35,940 nt of DNA from Parvularia atlantis (taxonomy: Eukaryota), in contig CALSCO010000117.1 of NCBI GenBank assembly GCA_943704415.1, positions 1 through 35,940 on the forward strand, in the 5' to 3' direction. The notes under the pieces are model-generated. The model had not been told where the DNA came from. It made no database searches and saw only the letters and a program-made list of their open reading frames with translations. A program made the translations under genes and the position numbers. Within the stretch, counting starts at the first letter, position 1; each line of letters opens with the position of its first letter. Positions 34,589 to 35,940 of this stretch are shown here, one piece after another.

Positions 34589-35511
34589 ATGCTCACCCTG
34601 CGCCGCGCCGCCGCCGCCGCGCCACTCGCAACGCCGCTCCTCCGCCGCGCGCTGGCGACGGGCCACGGCCACGGCCACGGCACGCCGGCCGCCTCCGCGT
34701 CGTCCTCGCCGGGTGCACGCCGCCGCCACCCCGCCGCACGCCCCTTAACCCCCCGCCCTCACAGCCAAGACTGGCGACGCGCTGCCCGAGGAGCCGCCCG
34801 GAGCGCCGCCCGGCGCCATGCCCAGCAACCTCGAGCAGGCCACGGGCCGCGAGCGCGAGGAGTACCTGGCCGCGCTCAAGGGCTTCAACCTGTTTGAGGA
34901 GCAGCCCAAGGTGGCCAAGCACTTTGGCACCAAGAAGAACCCCGTCGTCGTCTTCACCCACTTTGACGAGCGCGTCGTGGGCTGCCAGGGTGCGTTCTCA
35001 GCGGTGGGGCTGGCGGTGGTGGCTGTTGGCTGCGTGGATGGGGCTGAAAGCACGGCTGTGCTTGTGGTGGTCCTGGCCGAAGTGCAGATGGACCTTTTGC
35101 ACCCTCTCGCTGCTCCCCTTCTTCCAGGTCATTTGAGCTGGCCGTTGGGCTGGTCATTGTGCTGGCTGTGCATCTTGACTCTTTCTTTGTCTACTCGCAC
35201 CCTCGCTCTGTCTACTCGCACCCTCGCTCTGTCCACTCGCACCCTCGCTCTGTCTACTCGCACCCTCGCTCTGTCTACTCGCTCCCTCGCTCTCGCACCT
35301 TCACGCGCCCTGTCATCCCTTCCAACCCCCACCCACATCCAACACACTCACCCAATCGACAGGCCCGTGCCCGTTCGAGCACGAGGCCGGCTGGGGCCTC
35401 TGGTGGAACATGAAGGTCAACACGGACAAGCGCTGCCCCGAGTGCGGCCAGTACTTCCAGCTGCGGAAGGACCCGCACGCGCACGAGGATGAGGCGCACG
35501 GGCACCACTAG
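34589..35511 (+). CDS. COX5B: Cytochrome c oxidase subunit 5B (yeast Cox4), 3 exons (introns 34713-34764 and 34990-35362)
   Basis: Presequence MLTLRRAAAA...RRALATG. PSNLEQATGREREE, FGTKKNPVVV, ERVVGCQG|PC...RCPECGQYFQL (zinc ligands). TAG at 35509-35511. Confidence 0.93.
35188..35292. repeat. Minisatellite, 5 x 21 bp (TGTCTACTCGCACCCTCGCTC), in COX5B intron 2
   Basis: Direct reading; head-to-tail with no spacers, single mismatches in copies 3 and 5. Confidence 0.95.
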
Positions 35512-35638
35512 ACGCGCGCGCGTGCGTGCGTGTGTGTGTGCTTGGCGTGTGGTGTGTGGTGTGTGTGTGTGTGTGTGTGCGGGGGATGGCCGCAGTGAGG
35601 TCTGTGTTGTGTGTCGTCGTCACAGCGTGGTTGGATCG

Positions 35639-35756
35639 CCTCTTACAAAAGTGCCTATTTAAACCTAAACTGAACTCCTTGTGTCACTGTGGAGCCGAGT
35701 CGTCCTTGGTGGCACCTTTCTCCGGGCCCGAGGCAGCCTCAGGGGTTTCCCCCGCA
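35639..35756 (-). ncRNA. Candidate omega-RNA scaffold / right end of the Fanzor2-like element
   Basis: Immediately 3' of the stop: GGGG-GAAA-CCCC (35742-35753), GAGG-CUG-CCUC, and a 9-bp AAAGGUGCC/GGCACUUUU stem (35711-35719 with 35647-35655) enclosing GGCUCC...GGAGUU. Confidence 0.5.
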
Positions 35757-35940
35757 TCACGAGCAGTTCTCGTGGTTCTTGAGATATACGTTCCGTGCGC
35801 CGTTCATGTCGCGTCCCACTGCAGTGCCGCACGACTTGCAGTGAAAGTGGAGTGGAGGACGCCGCACCAGCCGCACGTTTTGCTGGTGTACGACTCGTCG
35901 ACGATCACGACCTTCAACCAGGGGTACTCGCGTGCCTTGT
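35757..35940 (-). pseudogene. C-terminus of a Fanzor2 / IS607-TnpB-like RNA-guided nuclease, frameshifted; the rest lies beyond the right edge
   Basis: Manual translation (absent from the ORF track): KAREYPWLKVVIVDESYTSKTCGWCGVLH / frameshift ~35850 / HFHCKSCGTAVGRDMNGARNVYLKNHENCS*. Confidence 0.88.

Noticed and set aside
35188..35292. CRISPR-like array
   Set aside because: The 21-bp units are head-to-tail with no unique spacers and lie in a spliceosomal intron; this is a minisatellite.
35840..35860. Intron or programmed frameshift rescuing the Fanzor2 ORF
   Set aside because: No room for an intron and no slippery heptamer. The spacing between the CxxC pairs is too short, consistent with a deletion (assembly error not excluded).
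1..35940. Introner-type repeated introns, tRNA/rRNA genes, telomeric repeats
   Set aside because: Introns share only donor, branch and acceptor motifs, and no tRNA, rRNA or telomeric array was recognisable by eye.

Overview
Compact, GC-rich, intron-dense eukaryotic DNA. Introns are mostly ~45-70 nt with GTGCG-like donors, and at least five are GC-AG. DNA polymerase gamma plus a Cti6-like PHD protein suggest a unicellular opisthokont (inference). About 12 spliced genes were reconstructed by hand: a DUF4062/NACHT-type NTPase (running off the left edge), a STE20 kinase with UBA, MIU-like and CNH domains, TMF1, two small hypothetical genes, SKI2, a mosaic type-I surface protein, a coiled-coil protein, a Cti6-like protein, POLG, a NERD1-like FG-GAP protein and COX5B. 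Two things stand out. (1) There are two unrelated decayed Fanzor/TnpB-family (OMEGA) RNA-guided nuclease loci, each followed by a hairpin-rich candidate omega-RNA: an internally deleted Fanzor1-like relic (~25.84-26.49 kb) and a frameshifted Fanzor2/IS607-TnpB-like C-terminus at the right edge. (2) The surface protein joins an FG-GAP beta-propeller, five 6-Cys/Asp modules, a Trp-Asp run and 21 AGSGSTxT octapeptides with 48-residue super-periodicity, resembling bacterial ice-nucleation proteins. Exon boundaries come from manual translation and no database search was run.
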